A stretch of 35,308 bases of DNA, taken from contig JBNGIO010006224.1 of NCBI GenBank assembly GCA_049999805.1, forward strand, positions 62,001 through 97,308, read 5' to 3'. Below the pieces are notes generated by a model. That model saw only the letters and a program-made list of their open reading frames with translations. It searched no databases and was not told the DNA's origin. The first letter of the stretch is position 1, and every line of letters begins with the position of its first letter. The position numbers and the translations under genes were made by a program. Source of the stretch: Folioceros fuciformis. Lineage: Eukaryota. Below, one piece after another: positions 11,750-23,600 of this stretch.

Positions 11750-14250
11750 GCTTGCTGGAAGTTCAACACAATCCGAGAGGCCCAGGGTATCAACTTGTTC
11801 TTGTGAGACTGTCAAACACTTCCGAGCTGCCACAGACTGCACACATGCTAACCTGCAGGCTACAACCACGTCAGTCTGTACGTACCCCCAAGATGCACAC
11901 AGGGGTCAGAGACCAGGTGCAACAACACCTTCCTCGTCCAAGTGATTGACTATAACGTGCTTCTGCCCCACGCCCTGAAAATTCTCTGTTATCACGGCAC
12001 ACCTTCGTTTTATGAAGTCGGTGAGATACGCAGTGCGCATCTTGCGACCTGCAATCCAAAAGCTCACCAAACTGTTGGCCACACACACATATATAAAATT
12101 CATGTCCTCTTCCCCTGAGTTGTGCACGGAGATTTATCTCTGCATCTTTATCGCTATGCAACAAGAACTCAGTTATAGAAGCAATCCTGCAAGAAGGCAA
12201 ACGAGTGTCACAGATTGGGTGGAATGATGCTTCAATCATCTCCCCTTCAGCTCCAATGCACAAGCCTACTGTGCTGCCACAAGCAGAGAGGCATCTGACT
12301 TCACACTCCACCTGCACAACCGATGATATTGTTGGATGACCGGCTGTCTTGTCCTTGTTACCGTGAGCAGAGGAAGGAGGACGATGGAGGATTACATGAA
12401 GGCTGATGGCATAGCAACCACTTAAAACACATTCATCGCCCATAAGAAACGTACCTGTGCAGGAGGTTGTCCGACGCCATTCCACTGTGAGAGCGCATAT
12501 GCACACGAGGGTCAAGCCAGAACAAGATCTCAAAACAGTTTGATTGACGCAACTAACCAAAGTTGTCCATTCTTGAAGGATCCGAAGTTGATAGACAGCA
12601 CCTGGTGAAAAATGAAGAGTTGGGAGGATGCCGTGGGAAGGGAGCAAAGGATGGAGGAAAGGAGGTGAAAGAGATGTAAATTGGGCTGTATAATTTCAGG
12701 TGCAGACAGATTGCTGTATTCAGATGAGTTCCTGAGTATGCTAAATATATGCACAATTGCTTTCTGGTCGCCCTTTGAGTTCCTTCAGGCACAAATAGAT
12801 CAGTTGGTGAACGAACAAGCAGGTGGGGTATCACACTTGCTACGAAAGCTGAGAAGTGCAAGGAAAGAATCATGACATGGTGCCAGGTGACGCACATCAT
12901 GCTACTTGTATGGATGATGTGCATCAGGGAGCACCATGTGATGATAATTCTTTGTCACTACCAAGCTTTGTTCAACAAGCAGATGACCCTAAGTAGCCTG
13001 TCGATTCTTTCACCGGACAACCTGTCCAACTGAATGGCCTCAAGGATCAACAAGAAATCTATTGCATACATTTAACATGCGTAGAAACGATTCATAATGC
13101 AGCAGAGGCCAAATTCAGCAGTATATCTACACCAAACATCATGCAGCCTATTTTCCTCCTCCTCCCATTTCTTTCCTCCTTCCTCTGTTCTCTTGCCGAT
13201 CGCGAGTATCTTCCCACATCGCATCCTCCCATCTCTTCTTGAAGATTATCCCCCAATTCCGTCATCTCATCCCCACCTCCTCTCATCTCCTGGTGCCTCC
13301 GCTCCCGAAGGTGTTTCTCAAGTTGATGAGATTTCGGGATGGCTCAAAGATGATGTTGCCAACCCGAAACAGTGAGTACAATCCTGATCGAAGACCTGTA
13401 TCTTGACATCCTGAAGATGGCTCGCGTCACTCACTGTTGACCCGTTACACATGAACATAGATCTCAGACAATGCTGTCATACAATAATCTTGTAAACGGC
13501 TTCCTCAACTGAGAAGTGATCTTGGATACTCGCCGATTGTAACGAACGTTCCAGCACTGGTATGGGTTACGCGCTGCTTCTTTTCCCCTCAACCTGCATC
13601 AACGCATCAACTGAACTGTTGAAATAATGTATAGAATTTTTACAATAATGGAGAACAAAGTTTGGGTCGTGAGTGGCGGCCATTTGCCGACTAATGACGT
13701 AGAGCGCCAAACCTGTGATACTACTAGCTCTCATGGGCGGTTTGCCCATCACCGTCTCCGGGGCCAGGGTTTGCTCCAGCTCCATGATATCCTCGGGAGC
13801 TTCTGTGCACAGCTGAACTCAGTTGTTCACTCTGACCCCATAGCTGTGGTCGTCTGTAGGTCGAAGGCACAAAAAGCTTTGGCCCCTGGTCGTCAAGATT
13901 CTGATGTCAAGTTGTGCTGAAGGTCGATATGAATTTGGGACATCCAGAACCACACATTCACTCTGCCTGCTGTAGCTAGCTACCTCACTAGCTTTGAAAC
14001 CTTGACCTTGAGCATATGAAGAATATCATTTCTACGACAAAAGACCTCCCCCTATGCACACGAGCTCAACTCAGAAACTCCCTCAGAAAAAAATGAACTA
14101 AGAAACACAATCAGACAAGTTTACCTCCTTGTGATTGCCATCCATTTTAGCAGCAACGTGGCCCGCAGCATTGGCGTATCATCACACAGTATGCACCTCA
14201 GTAAGTATTGCGACTGGTAATTCACATGTATAAGATTCAATGAAGCAATC
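11750..14250 (-). pseudogene. Decayed unknown gene 'X', copy 2 (longer remnant)
   Basis: Homologous to 2460-3960. There is a shared splice-acceptor-like flank (ctctg..ctgt.gctagcta at ~3622 and ~13961) and a shared upstream segment tgcttca(t)tgaatc. Many stops and frameshifts. Boundaries are approximate. Confidence 0.5.
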
Positions 14251-14788
14251 ACCTTAACCATGATCTCTGATCATGTCTAATGGTTGCGGAATTCGCCCAC
14301 TGAGATTCCTCCGGGAGATTGCAGAACGAATCTCAGGGAAGGCCAGGGTTTCCTTGCTCGATTGCGAATCCAGCCATTCCGATTGCTCCGTTCGAAGCCA
14401 GCTCGATTTCCTCAGACCAACCATCCACAGAAAACCTTAGATTTGGATTGAAACCCGCACGCGGTGGCATTGAAGGAGGAGACGGTGTTTTGTTTCCATG
14501 CAATGGATTGATGTGCAACGCTGGACGCGCGCTGTCGCCCGCTGCTAGAGCGGGAAAACACGAAGTGGCTTGACCGCAGTTAGTAACTCAGGTTAGGTTA
14601 CCAGAGGGCGGAGTTAGTTTCGAGCCGAGTTGCAGTCGCCGAACGGTCCACAATTATGCAGCCCCCAGCGGACAGCGGCTACCGTTGGAGGTCCCTGTCG
14701 CAGGAGATTGGAGGAAACGGAAATCTGGGTGTCCCGCGCGGAGTTAATGGGGATTGGTAGCATCTTGCAGGCCTGTGCATGTTGTACA

Positions 14789-14890
14789 CGGGCTGGCCCG
14801 GGCTGGGCTGGGCTGGGCTTGGCTGGGATGGGATGGGATGGGATGGGCTGGGCTGGGCTGGGCTGGGCTGGACTGGACTGGACTGGACCC
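14789..14890. repeat. Compound pentanucleotide microsatellite (GGGCT/GGGAT/GGACT)n
   Basis: Read directly; it accounts for the spurious GLGWA and QPSPA ORFs. Confidence 0.9.
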
Positions 14891-15228
14891 CATGGCAGAA
14901 GAGCCGTTGTGGAGTTGGGTGAGATGAGATATGGATGGGCTCGCATCTTGCAGGACTGGCCGGCGCCGTATCCTTGGTGGCCAGTGAGCTCTGGGCAGGC
15001 AGATGCTGCGGGATTTGCGAGTGCTGGGCATCGGAAGTGGGAGCCGATAGAGCTGCTGCAAGTCAGGACACGTCTCTGCTTGTAGGCGCGCGCGTATGTA
15101 TACCGATGAGGCCTGGGTGGAAGGTATGCCTCTGCCTGTATGTATACACTTGATGCCTGTGTAAATGTGCACTGGGCAGTGCAGGATCCCAGTGCGCCCC
15201 GCAGCCATCACCCAGGCGTTGCTTTGTC

Positions 15229-16893
15229 ATGAAGAAATCAGGCACAGTGTGTAAAGCCTGGGGCTGGCTGCCACCGTCGTGGAAGCATTGCTCGCATGCG
15301 CAGCCGCCAATGGCGCAGCAGCCAGACCAGCGCTCTGAGCAGGAGCAGCAAAGTGGGCAGCCCCCTCCCGCATTCAAGCACAAGCTGTGCAGGTGGAAGG
15401 ATTCTTGGACCCGCGACTCGCAGCAGGAGAGCAATGTTAACAGCAGCTTAAGCGAGGTTTCGCAGCAGCAGCGTCAACCGCAAGAGAAGCAGGGTTCCAT
15501 GAATCGGGCAAAGCGCATTGCCGTGAGCCCCGACGGAGCTGCGGGCGGCCACGGGCCCGGGCACAATGTGCTGATGATGTCTCGAGAGCTTGTGGAGGAG
15601 GCGGAGACGGGGCTTCCTGGAGATCATCCCGGTCCCAATCCTGGTCCCGGTGCGATGAGACTGAGGGAACCGGAGATACTGGTAGCGCGAGCGCCGGTGC
15701 AGGCGGAGCCTAGGGGGATGCGGGTGACGGTGGTCCGGCACAAGCGCAACAGGCAGGTGCTGTTTGTGGAGGCGGGCAAGGAGTTTGTGGACGTGGTGCT
15801 TGGGCTGCTTGCGCTGCCGGGGTGGGCGGTGCTGCGCGTTCTCAAGTCCGACAGCCGGCCGTCGCCCAGCCTGCACCTCAGCTCATCCGGCTGCATCCAA
15901 AACCTTTACGAGAGCGTGCGGGAGATGGATCCCGCCGTCTTCCTCACCGACAAGTCAAACCTGCTCATGGGCGAGGGGGCGCTCTCCTGCTTCCTACCCT
16001 CGCTGCTCTACCTTTCGGCGGGCATGGAGCTGCAGGTGCAGCGGGTGCGCCGTTCCGGTCCCGCTTCCATCCCCGAAACCAGCAGTGATGGCGCTGCTGC
16101 TGAGCTGCAGCTCGCAGTTCATGGGGGCGATGTGGATGCGTCTGCAGGCACGGAGTTCATCTACGGCTGCTATGGCCGCTATGTGGCAAACGGGATACAC
16201 GGGCCGGGCCATCAGCCGTGCCCCTGGATCGCATGGGAGCCCGGAACCAAGTGCCCCAGCTGCGGCAACATCATGACCATGCTCTACGGCGAAGTGGAGT
16301 CATCCAAGAAGCGGAAACGGCCTTCCCACAACTCCAAGCGCAGGGTCACGCAGCTTCCCGGTGCCGGTGGGTCCGATCACATTCCTGAAGACGGTGCTGC
16401 CGCTCTCGCTGTCGCTCCCCCTCCCTTGTACGGGGCTGTAAAGGAAAACGTGATCTTCATGCTCACGGATGCGTTGGAGGTGTTCCCCACGTCAGGGAAC
16501 AGGAGCTTGGAGCTGCTGTCCAGGAAGAGGTGGCTCATCACTGACCTGGAGAAGGTCTCATTGGAGCTCGGGCATTTCGAGGTACATTTCTCCGTGTCCC
16601 TGGCAAATGATTAGGTGCTTGCTGTTCTGGGCAAGCCAGCCACTTAATTTTGTTTTGGGTTTGAGATAGCTTCCGTTTAACAGCAAATCAAAATTCTTGT
16701 CTGCTTGCAAGTATAGAAGTCTGCAAGCCTGTGGCAGATGATTGCGATGAGCTTTCCTGTCCTGTTAAATTTGGCAACATGTGGTTTTCATTCGCTGCTG
16801 GTTTGTCTTTGCAATTAGGTGAAGAAACTGATGGAGCTGTCGCTCACGTCGGAGACCGTACTCACTGACATTCTCACACCCCTCATGCGCTGA
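15229..16893 (+). CDS. DUF674-family protein, paralog A2 (~475 aa)
   Basis: Exons 15229-16581 and 16819-16893 (GAG|gtacat...attag|GTG). Its core is nearly identical to A1 (QVLFVEAGKEFVDVVLGLLALP...LMELSLTSETVLTDIL). Confidence 0.88.
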
Positions 16894-17827
16894 AACGTCA
16901 GCTGCATCTCCACCCCGAGAGTGGAATAGGAGAAATGTGAAGGCATTCCATCGACTGCAGCCAGTTCTGCGGCCAGCATGAGGGAAAGGCAGGATCCATG
17001 GGATTCAGACAGGCTTGCTACTCCAAGTGTGAACGATAGGCTGGAAACTGCATAAGCCCATAGCTAGCTACAATCTGAGATGTAGACAGACGTATGCTGC
17101 CTCATGCTCTTCACGCTGGTAGCTACATGCTGTAGCTCGGTAGCAGACTCGGGACGTGCTAGCTGACCGTGGACCAGGTTCTGGTCTTGACTTTGGATGT
17201 CAGCGATGACCACCGCAACCCTGCGCGTACGTTATGTATGTATGTATACGTATATCTAGCAGAGATTCCAGCAGTCACGTCAAGTTCTTCAAAGTAGGTG
17301 TCAGTCCCGACTGCCGACTGCCGCTACCACGGCCGTGCTATGCATTTTGCATTTAATATTCTGCCGACAGCGTCAGGCGCAACTCCAGCGCCACCTTCCG
17401 ATAGCGACGACACTGGAATGTTCCAGGCGGGGTTGGGCTCCACCACGAACGAAAAGGTAGCAATTGTTCCTTGGGATTGGCATGCATGCAACTCATGGGG
17501 ATTTGTGAATTTCACATGGGCTCGTGGAGTGTGGAGGCATTGCTTCGGAAAGCTGCAGAGTTTTGCAAAGCATGCCAGACAGTGGAAGCTCTTGAGCTCA
17601 CACATGGACACCGGAATCAAAACCATTCTTGCCATTGAGACAAGCTTTAAGCGCAAATAAATCAATGCCAAGGCCAGGCCAAAGCCAAAGCCAAAGCCAG
17701 ACCTCATGACACTGCTTTTCCAAAGCCAAACAAAATCCAAAAGCAACAAACAGAGACCCGCACCGCTGCTCCACGATGAAATCTACTCTCAAACGCTGGG
17801 GGCAGCGGTGGGCATGGTCCAGGAGCT

Positions 17828-18990
17828 CTAGTTCTCCTCGAAAATGACAGCACCACTGGAGCAGTCATTTATATTCTGAATACCACCAAACATATCGTTC
17901 AGCACATTCCGTGAATTCCCATACGCAGCTTGGCGCATCATCGTAACCTGCATCACATGCGGAAACGTGCACGAAGCTGCATGTTAACTTTGTCACAATC
18001 AGCACTCCTTAACACAGCACACAGCATGCAGCACGCAACACAACACAGCTTTCACCTCCTCCAGCAACAGACAAAGCAGCAGCGAGAAATGGAAGACCTG
18101 TTGCATACAAAAGCTTGTGGACAGCAGTTGAAACTCACGTTTTCCTCACGAACGTGGTAAGTGTCGAATGTGAGATGCGTGGGATTGCGTATCCCTTTTG
18201 CTCGGAGGATCCTCTTCAGAATAGCTTCCTTGTTTGATAAGACGAGTGGTGCGCAGAAGTGCAAGTCGTCGGTCACGATGAAACTCAAATTCCCCTGGAA
18301 GAATTTATGACCGTTGTGATCGATGCGACCCACTGGACCACCCGGCGACACGTGTCTCTCCAAACCTCGCATCATCACAGGCGAAGGAAACTGCACATGG
18401 TCTGCGGGCGATACTTGAAGCATGGGGAGCTTGCAGCTCGGGCAGGCCCAACCAAGTACGCTGGAGTGCCAACCACACCCAGTCGTTCCAGGTTGTGCGT
18501 TGAAGTTGATGCAGGCGTTCCTCGGCTGCACGCTCTGGATGTGTGCGACTCTCCATTCGGCTTGCTGCGCAGAGAACACAATCCTCCTCATCCTGTCTCC
18601 AAGGTGAGTCAGCGCCCAACTCGGAACCTTTCGCAAACTGGCCCTCAGGTTGTCGCGAACAGTGGTATGCATGATCACGCGCCGTTCAGTTATCACCAAC
18701 TGCTGACCTGGGTATCGAGCTGTCATCGGGGCCCCATGAGTAGAGTATTGCACACTGCAACTCATAGGGTAACCCTCCAACAAGAGTTTTTCGAGCATCC
18801 ACTGCACAACCTCTGCACTTGCCTCCATGAACAATATGTTGTGTGTCTCTCCACAACAAACAAGCTTCACAACAGAGTTCGATAGGGCTACCATGTCACG
18901 TGTTCCCGACCTCGCTCTTCCCATTATATCTACGATGGGAAACTGATTCTCCACAACAAAGCTCCTCTGGTTCACTCCAGGGCCATTCAT
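17828..18990 (-). CDS. Divergent DUF674-like protein, paralog B2 (~323 aa)
   Basis: ATG at 18990 (MNGPG); exons 18990-18139 and 17947-17828 (AAC|gtgagt...gcag|GTT). Motifs: NILFMEASAEVVQWMLEKLL, GCGW......CPSCKLPM, FFQGNLSFIVTDDLHF, ILRAKGIR. The last exon VTMMRQAAYGNSRNVLND...SGAVIFEEN matches that of B1. Confidence 0.75.
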
Positions 18991-19116
18991 CTTGCCAAGA
19001 AGAAGAAGGCCGACCAACGCGGCCTGCTATCACAGAAAGCAACGCAAAAACTGAACTACGCAGCACGGAAGCAAGCAAGTAGAAACAAAAGTGAAAGAAG
19101 GTGTCCACAGACGCAG

Positions 19117-19123
19117 CTTAAAT
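19117..19123 (-). promoter_or_regulatory. Candidate TATA-like box for paralog B2
   Basis: The minus strand reads CTATTTAAGC about 130 bp upstream of ATG 18990. Confidence 0.35.
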
Positions 19124-20364
19124 AGATGATGAGTGAATGTGTACCCTAACGACAATGTCTTGCGAGGGTTGCACATCCGTGGCTGCTAGAAATCCGTACA
19201 TGCCAACTTGACAAGCATTTTGTACATGACGACCCACCAAAACATGCCACGAGCTACCAACCTCTGTAAAAACAGGTGTGAACCCGTCCTTGGAGAAAAT
19301 GTTTTATTTTCTATGTTTTTGAAGTCCATATAAATGAAAGTTGTTCATGTTCAAAGAGAGTCCACAAAGGTTTTGTGACTCTAGTGAAACTTCATGTTGT
19401 GATACTCTTAGATGTATCTCAACCTAAAGTAGGCATATAATGAGAAAAGTGAATCCGAAGGGGTGTGAAGACGTGCCATACGGTTGTTCACGTGTAAAAT
19501 GGGTCGGATGTGTGGTCCACACCGGGGGCAAGCTGGTTCTGTCGAAGCCCGATGCTATCCAAACTGTGCTGTCCCAAACTGGAGCCCGGGATGACCGCGT
19601 CGGGTTCACCGGTTGTGGGAGACATCGGTTGTTTGATGTTTTGTGTAATTTTGACATCCCTGACGCGGACGCGGGCAACGCTCGCGCAGAGGGGGTGCTC
19701 AGCAGCTACTCGGCCCCTCTGTTGATCCTCTGTACGTCATGTTGAACACAGATATGGAAATGTGGGACTGCTTGTCAAATTTAAGGGCGGGCTGCACTGA
19801 ACCGCACATCAAAAAAATCAAGAGGAAGTGAAACATTTGCACAGCACACAACGGATCCCAGCAAGCAGAAAAGGTTTGCGCATCCCACACGCGGAGCCAG
19901 GGGTGGGGTGGGGAAAGCTTCACACAAGCTGCAGCCGTTACGGGGTGCTATCAGGAGGGAACGGAGGAGGGAACGAGGTTTGGTCACGGATTTTCATGCT
20001 CTCAGTCCTGCGGGTTTCGGGGGNNNNNNNNNNNNNNNNNNNNNNNNNNNNNNNNNNNNNNNNNNNNNNNNNNNNNNNNNNNNNNNNNNNNNNNNNNNNN
20101 NNNNNNNNNNNNNNNNNNNNNNNGGAGTGGGGGGCCTTGGTCAGCAAGGAGGACGTCCTCACTGCGTGCAAGCAAGTATCGAAGCGTGGTCCATTGGCCT
20201 TGCAGATCAAAGACGCCAAAATCGGAGCGCCTGTCTCACTGTTACAACAAAGCTGCTGGTTCCCCTGCCGAAATCATGTCGACTCTACCGACTGCCAAAG
20301 AGGCGGGAGATGGACAGCAGATTCTGGTCGCGCACGCTCCAGTCGACGGCTAACCACTTCCGCC

Positions 20365-20372
20365 TAGGGTTT
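20365..20372 (-). promoter_or_regulatory. Telo-box (AAACCCTA) upstream of the PELP1-like gene
   Basis: tagggttt lies at 20365-20372, about 300 bp before the start codon. Telo-boxes are common in plant ribosome-biogenesis gene promoters. Confidence 0.4.
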
Positions 20373-20685
20373 GGAGCTGAGAGGCCAGACATCGTCGAAA
20401 CGGCCTGCGATCAGTAAGTAGCGACTGATTGCGCCTGCCGCTACTCCGCGGCAGCCTGGTTCCCCCATACCTTTCAGGCATCCGACAGCAGGGAGGGAGG
20501 GCTCAAAATTGTCGGCGAGGTTTTTGGGTCCAGGGGGCTTCGGGCTCTAGACGGGACGACCGTAGGAATGGCAGGCAGCCCGGTAGATGCATTGCAAAGC
20601 GCCCCAGCTTGATGAATGGAATTGTCTGTACCTAGGGCTTGGTATTAGGCTGGCGGTGCAGTGGATGCCGGTGCACGCGAGCACG

Positions 20686-23600
20686 ATGAGTTCAGAGGAT
20701 GGCTTGCTGAACATGAACGACTCCAGGTTGAAGCCATGGCTGTTGCACTCTATCATGGCCACGCATCTACCCGACGACAAGCAGCCTAGCAGGGCACTTC
20801 AGCTCTCGGTGGCTGTTGCCTCCATCCGGCGGCACCACCTGTTGAGCGAGAATTCGATGCTCGGGGTAGTTCATGTTCAGCAGGGTGCCAAGAGCATGGA
20901 TGTGCGTAAGGGGGCTGTGGAAGCTTGGATTGACAGGCTCATGAGTCTTCTCGCCAGTTCAGTGGTACGGTCCTTGTACCAGTGTTAGGCATTCTGTGTC
21001 TGTGTTGAATTGTCTTCCCTTTTGATGATAGTCTTCTGTTTTGCAAATGTACGCATGCTGTTTGACGCCATCAGCATGTACCTTTGTGCTGGTCTGCTTG
21101 AGTTCGTGGTCTTGGATGAATCAGGCATTCTCGCCCTCAACCTTCACTTTTTGCAGGCAGAAAGCCGCTGGGCAGGGATTTGTTTGTTAGGTGTGACATG
21201 TCAAGAGTGCTCGAGGCAACGGTTTCTAGACTCTTACTGTACATGGTTTCAGAAGTTGCTCCTTGTAGTAAAGGTATCTGTTATGGATGCCCTGCCAAAG
21301 TAGCTTGCGGCGTTTCTTCATCTTATTTCTAGTTTTTTTATGTCTCCACTGGATTCTCCATTGCATGATGATTGTCATTCTATTCTTGCAGTTGGGTGAC
21401 CACCTGCAACATTAGCTTCCTGCTCTCTGTGACAGGGTCTTTGTCTGTTTTCCAGCAGCCTGCTGATCCCATCTTTGTGCGCGCGGCAGCTTGTGCTTCA
21501 CTGTCTGATGTGCTCACAAGGTATTCTTCATCTTTACGCTGAATTTTCATGAGGCTGTCAGCCACATTTCTCATGTCAGGCCATGCATGTCCCTGATTTT
21601 TTGTTGTTGCTTGTCACAGACTCGGGAATCTGATAGATTATGCCGGAGTAAGGCGTGATGCAGGACCGTTAGTTGGAAAGTTGGTTCAACCGGTCATGCA
21701 GATTTTGAGTGACAAGGAATCAAACGGTATATGGGTGAGTGCTCCTAATACAGCACATGCAGTTGCTTATATAGTTTTCACTTCATTCAAGGCGTCCACT
21801 TCCCGTGTAGTTAGTGAAGACTTTTCATTGTGCATAGATCTCCTGTGGCCCTTTTGTTGTCCCCTGTACTCATGGTATGCATGTTACGATATTGGCATCC
21901 CGCAGATACAAATCATGTGAGTTATTAATTCATAAATTATGCTGATTGTGATTGGACTTTTTTTTTGTAGAATGAAGCTCTTGATCTTCTTTGTGTGATT
22001 CTTAAGTACTTCCCTTCATGCGTTCGTCAGCACTTCAACCAGGTATGGTTTGAAAGCCCTGGTTTACTGTTGTTGTGAGACCAAGATTGTGGATCATTTC
22101 ATCCAGCTATGCAGCAGTTTAAAAGTATGGAAAGAGCACTTTGGTAGGTCATCAGTTAATTGGCAAGCTGAAAAATTGCAGTATCTCACAGGCAGAGCTT
22201 CTCCTGGTAGCACAGCTTGTAGATGGGGACTGCACAGCATCTTTGTCACAGGTATCTCATCCTCAAAAAGTGCTGAGCACTTTTCTTGGGTCACGTGTCT
22301 ATGTGCGTTCTCTGTGCCTTCTTCCAGTATGTTACATCTATACATTCCGTCTTTGTTTTGGATTGTTTTCTTTATGACCTTCTGGTTTGCTGGCAGAAAA
22401 ATGCACAAATCCTGGCTCTTCTCCCAAGGGCACATGGGGATGCCTCGTCCTGGAGCTCACTGATGAGGCGCCTTTTAATAGCTGTCAACAATGAGCTGGA
22501 TGCAGCCTTTGCTGGACTGGAAGATCGTATGGCTCTCTTGTACCAGTCTTACTCCCAGTTTTTCTCTCGGCTGAAAGCACCGCATCTAAGAACAGTATCA
22601 GCCCAGCGCCTTAAGCATGTCTAGCTGAACACCGTCTTCTCTGTGTCTGTGGTTCCAACAGCTGCAGATGCCGCAGGCATGTTTTCACCCGTGAACCAAG
22701 ATGCACCTTGGCCAACTGTTTGCCAACCACTTGGCTCCAATGGAGCATCAGTGATGCTTAAGAGCTATTGGCAGCAGCTGGTGCCAAGGGTCTCGTCCAT
22801 TCTACACTGCTGCTGCTCTCTCTTAGTCAGCTCATATCCAGTGCCGGTGAGTACTTGTCTTTTGTTCTCCACCTTAGCAGGGCAATTAGGACACTCTAGG
22901 CTCGGGCAACCCAGTTACCTGACAAAGTATTCTTCGCCTGAGCAGGTGACGGTTCCCATAGGACCATTGCTTACTGCAGTAATGCGTATTTTACATGTTG
23001 ATGGATCTAGAGTTTCTACAGCATCGCTTGGTATTCCAATTTCTACAACTCAACAAGCATCTCTATGCTCTGAACTTCCTACATTACATCTTAGTGCCCT
23101 TGACCTGCTGTTTGCAACCATCCGGGCCACAAGGAGGTGAAGAGTCTAATTACTTCACGAGTTTCTTATATTTTATGCGTAGATGAGCACCATCATGGAG
23201 CTTACTTGACCATGTGTTTGGTGGCATACCAATGACTGTTGTTCATTGCGTTTGTTCATTATGAGTATGTCTATATCTGATGTTGATGATGAAAATCTTG
23301 CCTCGCCAGTCAGCTTCTACCTCATGCAGCAGATATGGTGCGGATTTTATCGGATTATTCAAAGAGAAATACTTCTGTGCTGCCCGGTATTAAGATAAAA
23401 CTTTATGGAATCTCTCAACACCTGATTTTGATGGGAGCTGGTATGTTTGTCGCTACTTTTTTTTTTGGCTGATTCCACTCAAGCAATGGCTTTACTCTTT
23501 TTGTGTGAACTGTCAGAGAAAGGCATATGTTTGCTGGACTGAGCAGGAAGTCAGCATTGAAATCTTATGTTGTTATGTATTGACAGGTATGGCATCTGCC

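Noticed and set aside
14614-15211. ORFs of 110-155 aa with GLGWA/QPSPA repeats
   Set aside because: They are translations of the pentanucleotide microsatellite.
19126-19180. Box C-like ATGATGA and a small hairpin (atgtgtaccct...agggttgcacat)
   Set aside because: No appropriately placed box D (CTGA) or terminal stem was seen, so it is too weak to call a snoRNA.
19424-20640. ORFs between B2 and PELP1, some spanning the N gap
   Set aside because: No recognisable motifs or consistent splice model, and their lengths are inflated by Ns.
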